Below are positions 8,755 to 17,717 of a stretch of 24,000 bases of DNA, one piece after another (positions within the stretch are counted from its first letter, which is position 1; each line of letters begins with the position of its first letter). A program made the translations under genes and the position numbers. The stretch comes from Actinomycetaceae bacterium (GTDB taxonomy: Bacteria > Actinomycetota > Actinomycetes > Actinomycetales > Actinomycetaceae): assembly GCA_030540715.1 (NCBI GenBank), contig JAUNVQ010000002.1:113886-137885 (forward strand). The letters run 5' to 3'. The notes beneath the pieces were generated by a model that had not been told where the DNA came from, made no database searches, and worked only from the letters and a program-made list of their open reading frames with translations.

Positions 8755-9113
8755 AGGTTTTCTCCATATCTCATGTGCCATCGCGGTGAGCAAGTGTCGA
8801 TGTACCGCATCCCAGCCGCCGTGACAGGGAATCTTTTCTTCGTTTCCTAACGGTATCAAAAAATACAAGCTGCTCGTGTGAATATTTTATTATCTTACCT
8901 GACTTTAGTCATCCTTATTACCAGTCCTCTCAACCCAACATCAGCAACGTAATTGATAACCCCTCGTGAACACAACTCCACGCGTCATTATTCTTGCCTG
9001 CCACATCTTCCCTGCGTGGTTAATCATGTAACGCACGCAATTTCCTTACCGATAAACGGCGTTCATACGATAGGCTAACTGTAGCCATATGTCTTTAGCA
9101 GAATGGATAAGCA

Positions 9114-11321
9114 ATGACGAACACTTATCGAATGCCCCATGCTGCTGAACTATTTACCAGCCACGATGCACGACGTTTTTCCGGTGATTTTTGGACACCT
9201 CCCGTGTGGGCACAGCGAGCACATGCAATGCTTGATGATGAACTGGGAAATAACTGGCGTGACAACTATGCCGTGTGGGATCCAGCCTGCGGCACAAAAA
9301 ATCTCACAGCTGGGCACACTTACCGCGAACTCTACCTGTCAACAATTCTTGCTGAAGAACTACGTCTTTCCTCACACATTAACCGTGAACATCCGGCATT
9401 TTGCTTTGACTTTCTTAACGATAGTCTTCACCCCGACCATCCGTTTCCTGGGCATGAACCATTTGGCAACTACCCCCAGCCAACGAACGCGCCAGCTATC
9501 CAGCCTTACCCACTTTCGAACACAACACATCATACGGCGAAGCCAACACACGCACCCGTTCCTCCTTACCCGGGTGTTCCACAACAACTGCTGACATCAT
9601 TATCAACGCAAGAGCCATTCCTTTTTCTGATGAATCCGCCCTACGGCACGGCAACCAACAATAACCCCACCTCAAAAACAGGAATTGCCCACACCCGCAT
9701 TAATCGGATTATGGCAGATAAACGCCTTAACAAAGCTGCTCACCAGCTATATGCACAGTTCCTTTACCGCGTACTCATGATTGTCAGAGACTACAGATTA
9801 CACAACACTGTTATTGCCCTGTTTTCTTCTGACCGTTTTTTGTGCGGAGGCTCCACCTGGGAAGCCTTTATGCACGATTTTTTGCAAGACTTCAGTTTTA
9901 TGCAGGGATGCTATTTCAATGCCGCACAGTTTTCCGATGTATCTAACCGCTGGGGTATTGCGCTTACCATCTGGAAACAGCAAGCGGGCACTTCGCCCTC
10001 CGAAATAATTTTACCTCTGGAGCGCACCCGCCACGATAACCCGGCCATCATTGAACGCTTTGGTCAACGCGTGATCCGCCGAGGAACGCAGCGCGAATTT
10101 TTGTCCACCTGGATTCGCGACCCCATCAAACATCGCCGTGACTACCTACCCGCCACTACTTATCCTCGCATGTCAAATGCTTTCAAGGTGAATACTTCGC
10201 GTTCAAGCCGGTGTCGTTTACTGAAAGGATCTCTGGGGTATGCGCACACAAACGCAAATGACATTGAACATTCTGGTAAGGAAGTAGGCTTGTATTCAAC
10301 GGCTTTTGGTTCAGCACATGGCGTGTGTGTTTTACCTGAAAACTTTGATCGAGTGGTTGTGAATTTTGCAGTACGTAAAGCATGTTATCCAACTCGTGAC
10401 CTGTGGATATGCGGTCACGATAATTTTTATCGTCCCACACAAAGTGTACAGCAGGGCAATGCTTGGCACGAGTTTGTTAACGACTGCCTAATAATGTCGT
10501 TATGTAGCGCATCGGGGTCTCACCAGTCAGCCCTGCGTGACCTTATCTATATGGGTTGTCGCTATGACGTACCTAATGAATGGTTTTATTTTTCGAGGGC
10601 GAAGCTGCGATCGTTGGCTGAACAATACGAGTTTTGGGAACTGCTAGACGATGTCAACCGTGCTGACGGCGCAAATGGTGCCAGGGTAGCTGGGAAGCCT
10701 GGTAGCGCTGACCCCAGTGGAGCCGTGAAGACAGTATGGAATGACGAGTCTGAAGATGCTGCAAAGAATAGTGCTCATAACGAGGAGTCGCTACCAGAAC
10801 GCTATGTCTATCAGCGACTATGTCACACCACATTGTCACATTGCAGTCAGGATGTCTATCATGAACTCTTATCGCTTTATTCCATAGTCATGCCATATCG
10901 CCGCGATTTTTATCGGCAAAGCCAACTCCTCTACACCAGTCGGAGCGCACGCTACATGATGCATACCAAGGGGAATACCCTTTGTACTACTAGCGCAGCC
11001 TCAATGCACACACGCCACTTCACCACGCCACATACACAGGCTAAAGCCCCCACCGTGTCCAGGATCTCTGCCGCAACACTCGCGTCTGCTACACATGCGC
11101 AACAGGCACAGGGCACAGCTCCTTGCCAAGAACCTCTCACCTTCGGCGACGTTCCAATACATCTGCATCCCTCAACATCACTTCACGCATGGGATGCTGG
11201 TTTTCGCCAAATACTGCTGTGCACCCGAGCCGCAGGGATATCAACAAAAGACTTTGACAACGCATTTTCACGGCTCAAAGAATCGATTGCAATACGAGCG
11301 CGACAGTGGAAAATGCTATGA
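9114..11321 (+). CDS. N6-adenine DNA methyltransferase-like protein (gamma-class, TaqI/Eco57I-like motif order), orphan, with atypical motif I and low-complexity insertions
   Basis: 735-aa ORF. It has an FWTPP motif (like the xTPP of TaqI-type enzymes) and motif I-like WDPACGTKNL (about 9276-9305). Catalytic motif IV is LFLMNPPYG (NPPY at 9633-9644), followed by QLYAQFLYRVL and the VIALFSSDRFLCGG region typical after NPPY. A Pro/His-rich insert (about 9426-9593) separates motifs I and IV. There is no obvious Shine-Dalgarno and no adjacent endonuclease-like ORF. Confidence 0.65.
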   Translation: MTNTYRMPHAAELFTSHDARRFSGDFWTPPVWAQRAHAMLDDELGNNWRDNYAVWDPACGTKNLTAGHTYRELYLSTILAEELRLSSHINREHPAFCFDFLNDSLHPDHPFPGHEPFGNYPQPTNAPAIQPYPLSNTTHHTAKPTHAPVPPYPGVPQQLLTSLSTQEPFLFLMNPPYGTATNNNPTSKTGIAHTRINRIMADKRLNKAAHQLYAQFLYRVLMIVRDYRLHNTVIALFSSDRFLCGGSTWEAFMHDFLQDFSFMQGCYFNAAQFSDVSNRWGIALTIWKQQAGTSPSEIILPLERTRHDNPAIIERFGQRVIRRGTQREFLSTWIRDPIKHRRDYLPATTYPRMSNAFKVNTSRSSRCRLLKGSLGYAHTNANDIEHSGKEVGLYSTAFGSAHGVCVLPENFDRVVVNFAVRKACYPTRDLWICGHDNFYRPTQSVQQGNAWHEFVNDCLIMSLCSASGSHQSALRDLIYMGCRYDVPNEWFYFSRAKLRSLAEQYEFWELLDDVNRADGANGARVAGKPGSADPSGAVKTVWNDESEDAAKNSAHNEESLPERYVYQRLCHTTLSHCSQDVYHELLSLYSIVMPYRRDFYRQSQLLYTSRSARYMMHTKGNTLCTTSAASMHTRHFTTPHTQAKAPTVSRISAATLASATHAQQAQGTAPCQEPLTFGDVPIHLHPSTSLHAWDAGFRQILLCTRAAGISTKDFDNAFSRLKESIAIRARQWKML

Positions 11322-11396
11322 AAACATCGTTTATCATCAAAAAATAGGACTGTCATGTTAGTTCTTGAAATGTTTTACCGATAGAATCATTCTATT

Positions 11397-14300
11397 ATGA
11401 CAACACTTCCAGACATAGCGCCACGCCTCCAATTACCCTTGGCGATACGCAGACTAGCCTGCATTGTGACCCTTACAGCACTGTGTCTAGGAATGAGTAT
11501 TCTATATTTACCCCCGGCTCACGCCAACAACAGCACCCACCACTTAGCATCAGCATTTTCATGGCCCTGGGATGATGGCTCAGACACAGACTATATTCCC
11601 ATTAGAACCCCTGGATATAACAACTTTGTTCTTCTCACCGTCACCAATGTCACCTGGAATGATATTCAATACGATAACCCTCGACATTACGACTTTATTC
11701 GCTGGGCATCAAGAGGTGCAGTGGGTAACCTTGTTACCGCACGTAACGGCCATCTGTTATGCCCCATTGAGGCACTCACCGCAGTAGGCTCTGGCGACCT
11801 AGGAACCGTTATTCCCCCGATACTCAGCTACGAGCAGGCTGAACTTAACCAACAAGAACAAGACAAAACTAGCCACGGCAACGATACAGCAGTTGAACAG
11901 GACGCTTCAGCCCCTGCGGTTGACACAACGAAGACTACTGATGCACTCACTGACACAAAAGACCCCTTAGAAGAAGCAAAACAAGCAGCAAAAGATGCCA
12001 TCACGCAACGCAACCAAAGCCTTTCTGAAAATATTGATGCCTCCACACACTGCCCCACCCTTAAAGCCCTCTCCAACACGCAATCGCTTCACCTGCTTGA
12101 ACTACAAAAAACCGCACCAGCAATTCAGGGATTTGATTCGCATCGACTAGGTGCAGTTCTTCTTGCAGAAAAAAGGACGGTTGCTTCAATAGGGCGAGGT
12201 GCCGCTGTTATTACCTCTGATTCATCTGGGCGTCTCGTGGGGGACTACTCTGAGGCTCCCACTGATAATGATAAATTAGCAAAACTGGTAGCAAAAACGG
12301 CCTCCGTGAAGGATTTCACCGCAGTTGATGCCGATGTTGCCACGATGAACGCATCAGACAAAATTGCACGTATCTCGCACATTCTTCACGAGCTTCCCCC
12401 CTCGACGCAGGTGATTATTGCTTCAGTATCATCTGGCTATGATGCACGCCTTGACACTACTGAAATACCGGCCTTGCTCAGCAATGATCCCGATGTATCA
12501 CAGTCTTCGCAGCGTTCAGCACAGACACGACCACCCTCACGCGGTCGAGGATCCCTGAAAGCCATGCAGCTTATCGTGGTATCCACCGACTCTGTTGCAA
12601 CAGGCTATTTACGGTCAGGAACAATGAATCGTCAAGGGGTTGTCACCCTGGCAGATATTGCCCCCACAATTGCATCGGCAGTATATGCCCCCAATATTTC
12701 CAGTGTTTACGGTACAAGAATGTGGTCGACAGGCTATGCCCCTGGTGCGCCAACTACCTTAGATTTGCCCTCGGCCTCAACACAACCCGCCATTTCACAA
12801 CTACATCAACGCACGACTTTCCTTACAGAGGCCGACCAGCACTTCATCACAACGTCACACACTTATCGAATCTTCTATACTCTTTTACTAATATTAACCA
12901 TAGTGACATTGCTTATCCTGCTTGGCACACTTCATCGGCGCAACAGCAGACCACGGCTGCAGCTTCCTTTGACTACACTAGTGGGTTCCTTTGCCTTGCT
13001 GCCCGCCTGCACGCTAATAATCAATACAATTGGGTGGAGCGAGACATCCCTCGCCTTTGATTCACTCGCTACACGTGGGCTGGTAATGCTTGGAGCATCA
13101 TGGTTCACAGCATTTTTCCTTATGGCGGCCCTCTTTAGTGGCTTTTATCTGTGGAATCGCAGTACAAGTCAACGCCGCCAATCCAGCACAACCGCTCTAC
13201 CAAACTCCCACGTTATCGTGATGCTGATTGCTGCATTAAATCTAGCTATCACCCTTATTTTTCTTCTATTTTTCAGCAATCGCAGTATTGATGCAGTACT
13301 GCGAACTCCAATCATATCAACAACACGTTTTAATGGTCTTAGCGCTGGTCAATTTGGTGTGATAGCTGTATCACTGCTGTCATTTATTCATCTCTTGTTT
13401 TTGTACTCGCTGAAAAAAGGCCTCTGGACACTCACGGTGTTAACAGCAGTGGGAGCCTATACCACTGCCTGGATATGCGGCTCACCACAATGGGGCAACG
13501 AAGTCCTAGGCTCGGTAGCCCTCACTATTGGTATCACCCTTATCCTTTTCAGCCACCTTTTACCGATAGTGAGATACAAGCGCTCAACACGCCTTATTCT
13601 TACTTGTCTTGCCATTATCTTTACAACAGCCCTTTTTGGTGTAGCACTTATCGTTGCCAACATCGCAGTGCCCCTGCAAGCACGCTCTCCCCTTGTCAAA
13701 GCATTCGCGCAGATTCTCTCCAGTGATGGGCCACTCAATCGGTCATCACTGACCTACGTCAACGACATGTTCTACTGGACAACTAATGTATGGTCCAACT
13801 CTCTCATCACAATTTGTTGCTTGCTTTTGATAATTTTTCTACTCATAGTTTTTCGTCACACATATGCGCACACTTCGTCCTCTTCATTAAAAAAGCCACG
13901 CCCTATCACAACAATCAAGCGCCATCACTTGCCGTTTATCTTTGGAGTTGTTGTAAGCGCCATTATTGCAATGTCCGTTAACTCTGAAGCACCAATAATT
14001 GCACTACTGATAGTATTTATGTTGGTATCTGTTATTACCATTCTTATTATCATGAAGCCTGGCGACGTCCCCGATAGCTCTACGCAAGCACAGCTCAACG
14101 CTATGCGACATATATCTGCGCGCAGAAAAATTCGTACACTGGCAGCTATCACCCTGGTAATCGCGATCAGCGTGATTACGCTAATGCAAGGTGTAAACTA
14201 TGCACGTGACACCCAAGCTCTGCGCGCATCCTTAACGCCAGCTCCCCACGAAACCCTGCACAATGATTCCGCTCATACCCACTCACGTCCGACACCTTCC

Positions 14301-17177
14301 GTTATTGTAGTTACCAGCGGTTTAACATGGGATCATCTGCGCTACGCAGATCTTCCCGCAGTAAAAAGACACACTAGCAAAGGTGCTGCATTTAATATTA
14401 TTCCACAAACCTTGAGTGGAGTTACCTGCCCTGTTGATGACTGGCTGGCCATCAACACCGGACGTAAGGTATGGGATCGTTCACTGGGTGGCATGGACCT
14501 GTGCATGCAAATGCCGCAGCTTAAACCAGGCTCAAAGATTCCACTGTGGAACTATTACAAACAGGCCATGGCGCAGATATCAAAAACTGATTCACTGGGA
14601 AGCCTTGGCGATGCACTAAAAAAGGCAGGACTTCGAGTAGCTACAATCGGACCAGGAGCAGCCCTGGCAACAGCAACATCACAAGGCATACCCTACGGTG
14701 ATGTGATAGCGGCACCGCACGATATTGATAACTTTAGGAAACTAATTAACGACACTGCCAACGCACACGACCTCACCATTGTTGATGCCACGACTGTCGA
14801 CCCATCATCCGATCCCTTCCGCCAAACCGAAGCGATGCTGCGATCCTCGCACGAAATCCGCAAAGTTGCCGCCGAAAAGGGGTTAGACACGGCGGGGGTA
14901 GTAGTTGAACCCGTTTCGGTTCGTGCACGCCTTAACGCGTTAAACCCAGATGCTATCGATCAAAACGAAGAATCTGCAAAGCTAGAAAAACAAGCTGCGC
15001 GTTCCATTAATGAACAAAAACTAGCCGACAGCAAAGAAACAGCGCAGTCACTGGGATTTCCCGACTTTGAGCCACCTGTTCCCCTGTCATCGGTTTATAA
15101 AAATAAGCGCTCTACAGAGGATCAAACCAAGCAAGCACGTCGATTCGATATAGCAATAAGTGCTGTCCCCAAAGAAGCAAATCTGCTGGCAATATCGCCG
15201 TCACCTTTAGGGATAGAACGCAAAATGCTCGCCGGTCTTGCCTCAGGCCCTGATATTCCTGCAGGTGATAGTTGGAGTTCTTTGGTGCACCACAAGAATC
15301 TTACGCATCCACTTGATATTGGACCAACGATTGCATCGTGGATGGGACTTCCCGATTCTGCCCTGTCATCAGCACAGGGATCCGCCCTAGGATTTGCTCC
15401 ATACACAAAGACACCACGGACACACGATAGCGCACTTAATATTTCGACTACTACAGCCAATACAGAAGATGCTTCTTCAGTCAATACGTCACAAAATACA
15501 CCAGAGCATTCAATAGGTGTATCAAATATCAAACCACACAACAGTTCAGCAGGTACAACAGAGACTTCAACACAGGACGTAGAGGATCACTTAAAACCAT
15601 CTTTATTCGACATTCGCGCTGCCGATTTAGTAGATCGTAACCTACATTCTAAGACTATCCAATCGGTTCGCTCCACATTTTTTCATGTACAGCAAAGCCT
15701 ATTCTATGCGCTTGTGATTATCTTCTTTGTTGGGACTTCCGCCATTTTCTGGCGCAGAACAACACTTCGTTCCAATTATCACGGCATGTCCGTGCTTATT
15801 CCGCATATTCCTTACGTTGTGGCGCAGATAGCACGTTTTTTGACACTCACACTTGCTAGCGCACCCCTGGGAACTCATTTGATGGCATTATTACCCTGGT
15901 GGCATACACTTATGCCTGAAGTAACGATGATTGGAGGAGCCTGGGCTATTGCTGTCCTGGTGGCTAGTGTTGCCTTAGCAGGGCCGTGGGGTCGAGCCTT
16001 AATGGGACCATTTGTATTGATAGCAGCCCTTTACGCGGTGTTCTTTACCTTCGATGTAGCTGTAGGCTCACCCCTGCTGATGGATTCACCAATGGGTTTT
16101 AACCTATTACTTGGGGTTCGTTTCATGGGTGCAGGTAACGAATCCTACACCATATTTGCTACAGGTACGCTCATATTTTTGGCGTTCCTCGGTGAGGCGA
16201 TTGTTCAAAAAGGATCCCTGGCACCTACCCCCTGGCAAACAACCAACAACGATATTACACGGACACATAAAATAGCATCAGCGGCTGTTATTTTACTTCT
16301 GGGCTCAGCAGTTACCCTTGTAGATGTACACCCATCAATGGGAGCAGATTTTGGTGGGGCACTTTCCTTAATACCTGGTCTGCTAGTACTGGTACTGATG
16401 ATTTTACGTTACCGAATCACCGTGAAGAAAACAATTATCATAGCAACACTCACTGTTGGTGCAGCTATGAGTGTTGCTATTGCAGACTGGATGCGTCCAT
16501 CCTCACAACAAACACATCTTGGACGTTTTGTTCAATCAATCATTGATGGAAACTTAGTATCGGTACTGTATGCAAAACTTTCAGTTAATCTGTCACTTCT
16601 CACATCTTCTCGATACACAATGATATTTACAGTTGGACTTGTATGTGTGTTTCTGCTTCTACCAGCTTTGCGCGGCAAGCATATGGATGACGACTATTTG
16701 TCTGCCTGGTGGAGAATTTATGGGCCACTACGGTTCGACAAAGCAACTGGTCGTCGCTTTTTGGGGCCTCTGCAAACCTCCATTCAACTATCAATTGCAT
16801 CTCTTCGACTATGGTATTGGCGTTGCTACGGATGGATGTATCCACTTCATCCTCAAGGAGTACAAAACACTACTGGCACTATAGTAAACACCGAAGAAGC
16901 GACATCACATCTTCAAGACACCTCATGCACTCGTAGCAACAACGCCGTGCCACGCCCTCAAACACTTCTGCAGGCTGCCACAATGCTGCGTCCTATGTTT
17001 ATCTCTGTAGCTGTCATGGAGTTCTTTGGGTTCGCACTCAACGATTCAGGAATTGTTTTGCCTGCGATTGCAACGATGGTATACCTACCTGCCTTTGTTG
17101 CCGTGATCATCACGTGGCTAATGCGACAATATTCTAGCGCTCCAGTTAGTGTTGTCTCTTCGCCACGCTGCTCTTAG
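11397..17177 (+). CDS. Giant (1926 aa) polytopic membrane protein made of two tandem modules, each a soluble domain followed by about 11-12 hydrophobic helices; function unknown
   Basis: One uninterrupted 5.8-kb ORF with an N-terminal signal anchor (LACIVTLTALCLGMSILYLPPAHA). Soluble domain A spans about aa 77-430 (nt 11625-12690), followed by about 12 hydrophobic segments (about nt 12860-14200). Soluble domain B spans about aa 968-1320 (nt 14298-15355), followed by an S/T-rich linker and about 11 hydrophobic segments running to the C-terminus. Domains A and B align by eye at several blocks: FVLLTVTNVTWNDIQY / VIVVTSGLTWDHLRYA, LLCPIEALTAVGSG / VTCPVDDWLAINTG, VASIGRGAAV / VATIGPGAAL, FTAVDADV / LTIVDATT and DIAPTIASAV / DIGPTIASWM. 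Confidence 0.8.
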   Translation: MTTLPDIAPRLQLPLAIRRLACIVTLTALCLGMSILYLPPAHANNSTHHLASAFSWPWDDGSDTDYIPIRTPGYNNFVLLTVTNVTWNDIQYDNPRHYDFIRWASRGAVGNLVTARNGHLLCPIEALTAVGSGDLGTVIPPILSYEQAELNQQEQDKTSHGNDTAVEQDASAPAVDTTKTTDALTDTKDPLEEAKQAAKDAITQRNQSLSENIDASTHCPTLKALSNTQSLHLLELQKTAPAIQGFDSHRLGAVLLAEKRTVASIGRGAAVITSDSSGRLVGDYSEAPTDNDKLAKLVAKTASVKDFTAVDADVATMNASDKIARISHILHELPPSTQVIIASVSSGYDARLDTTEIPALLSNDPDVSQSSQRSAQTRPPSRGRGSLKAMQLIVVSTDSVATGYLRSGTMNRQGVVTLADIAPTIASAVYAPNISSVYGTRMWSTGYAPGAPTTLDLPSASTQPAISQLHQRTTFLTEADQHFITTSHTYRIFYTLLLILTIVTLLILLGTLHRRNSRPRLQLPLTTLVGSFALLPACTLIINTIGWSETSLAFDSLATRGLVMLGASWFTAFFLMAALFSGFYLWNRSTSQRRQSSTTALPNSHVIVMLIAALNLAITLIFLLFFSNRSIDAVLRTPIISTTRFNGLSAGQFGVIAVSLLSFIHLLFLYSLKKGLWTLTVLTAVGAYTTAWICGSPQWGNEVLGSVALTIGITLILFSHLLPIVRYKRSTRLILTCLAIIFTTALFGVALIVANIAVPLQARSPLVKAFAQILSSDGPLNRSSLTYVNDMFYWTTNVWSNSLITICCLLLIIFLLIVFRHTYAHTSSSSLKKPRPITTIKRHHLPFIFGVVVSAIIAMSVNSEAPIIALLIVFMLVSVITILIIMKPGDVPDSSTQAQLNAMRHISARRKIRTLAAITLVIAISVITLMQGVNYARDTQALRASLTPAPHETLHNDSAHTHSRPTPSVIVVTSGLTWDHLRYADLPAVKRHTSKGAAFNIIPQTLSGVTCPVDDWLAINTGRKVWDRSLGGMDLCMQMPQLKPGSKIPLWNYYKQAMAQISKTDSLGSLGDALKKAGLRVATIGPGAALATATSQGIPYGDVIAAPHDIDNFRKLINDTANAHDLTIVDATTVDPSSDPFRQTEAMLRSSHEIRKVAAEKGLDTAGVVVEPVSVRARLNALNPDAIDQNEESAKLEKQAARSINEQKLADSKETAQSLGFPDFEPPVPLSSVYKNKRSTEDQTKQARRFDIAISAVPKEANLLAISPSPLGIERKMLAGLASGPDIPAGDSWSSLVHHKNLTHPLDIGPTIASWMGLPDSALSSAQGSALGFAPYTKTPRTHDSALNISTTTANTEDASSVNTSQNTPEHSIGVSNIKPHNSSAGTTETSTQDVEDHLKPSLFDIRAADLVDRNLHSKTIQSVRSTFFHVQQSLFYALVIIFFVGTSAIFWRRTTLRSNYHGMSVLIPHIPYVVAQIARFLTLTLASAPLGTHLMALLPWWHTLMPEVTMIGGAWAIAVLVASVALAGPWGRALMGPFVLIAALYAVFFTFDVAVGSPLLMDSPMGFNLLLGVRFMGAGNESYTIFATGTLIFLAFLGEAIVQKGSLAPTPWQTTNNDITRTHKIASAAVILLLGSAVTLVDVHPSMGADFGGALSLIPGLLVLVLMILRYRITVKKTIIIATLTVGAAMSVAIADWMRPSSQQTHLGRFVQSIIDGNLVSVLYAKLSVNLSLLTSSRYTMIFTVGLVCVFLLLPALRGKHMDDDYLSAWWRIYGPLRFDKATGRRFLGPLQTSIQLSIASLRLWYWRCYGWMYPLHPQGVQNTTGTIVNTEEATSHLQDTSCTRSNNAVPRPQTLLQAATMLRPMFISVAVMEFFGFALNDSGIVLPAIATMVYLPAFVAVIITWLMRQYSSAPVSVVSSPRCS

Positions 17178-17717
17178 TTGACTATAAAAAAGAACGCGAT
17201 ACCTGAAAACGCGCGAAATGGGAAAGAACCTTCCTCCAACTGGCTCACCCTGCACATAAAAATATATCCTATACGCACTAAAGCATCACGCACATGGGTA
17301 CAACCATACGAACAATCACCGTAACTGGGTACAACCAAGACTACTAGTAAAGAAGACAGCCACAAAAATCAAGGAGTGCAACTGAACGTGAGCAGATAAA
17401 ACACTCGCATAAAAAATAAGGAAGACCAGAGTGCGTATAAATGGTGTGGGAGGCAAGGAACTACTCATACGATAAGTAGTTTGTATAGCACTTACTGGTC
17501 TCCCTTACCTGATTCATTATACACGTAAAAAAATGAAAAATGAATGAGAAAATATCGTAATGACAGTAAAAACTACGTGACTTAGATAACGTCTTTCAGA
17601 TAGGACGCTGTCACCAGGTTCTTTAGGGGAGCCCCTTCCTCATTTTGTTAGGATGTTATCAAATCGAGACTGAAACGTAAGATCTTTCCATTTGTTTATT
17701 CATATTGGTCAGTTAGT

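Noticed and set aside
8755-8868. A 38-codon in-frame N-terminal extension of the lyase ORF (MYFLIPLGNEEKIP...). I also considered a tnaC-like leader peptide, and a sigma70-like promoter on the minus strand (TGACTA 8911-8906, 16-nt spacer, TAAAAT 8889-8884).
   Set aside because: The homologous lyases I recall start near MANVKF-type sequence, and GGAGA precedes ATG 8754, so the extension is probably untranslated leader. No short Trp-containing leader ORF with its own RBS is visible. The promoter guess rests on hexamer resemblance only and cannot be supported without transcript data.
9139-11361. Alternative-frame ORFs inside the methyltransferase-like gene (9139-9594, 9781-10008, 11095-11361 and the minus-strand ones).
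   Set aside because: All are nested in a longer ORF that carries ordered methyltransferase motifs. None has start-site support. I also considered whether the H/T/S-rich C-terminal third hides a frameshift, but the main frame stays open and ends in a normal-looking helical segment.
11572-16936. Numerous 60-140-aa ORFs in other frames or strands within the 5.8-kb giant gene (for example 12722-13060, 15122-15541 and 16633-16884).
   Set aside because: They are nested in an uninterrupted 1926-codon frame whose product shows coherent TM and soluble-domain organisation and an internal duplication. None has an independent signal.
9114-17177. A BREX-like reading: an NPPY methyltransferase (PglX-like) next to a protein with alkaline-phosphatase-fold-like domains (PglZ-like).
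   Set aside because: No BrxA/B/C/L, Lon-like or helicase genes are present. The methyltransferase is much shorter than PglX. The AP-like domains sit in a polytopic membrane protein, are predicted to be extracytoplasmic, and lack the usual acidic metal ligand. The resemblance is superficial.
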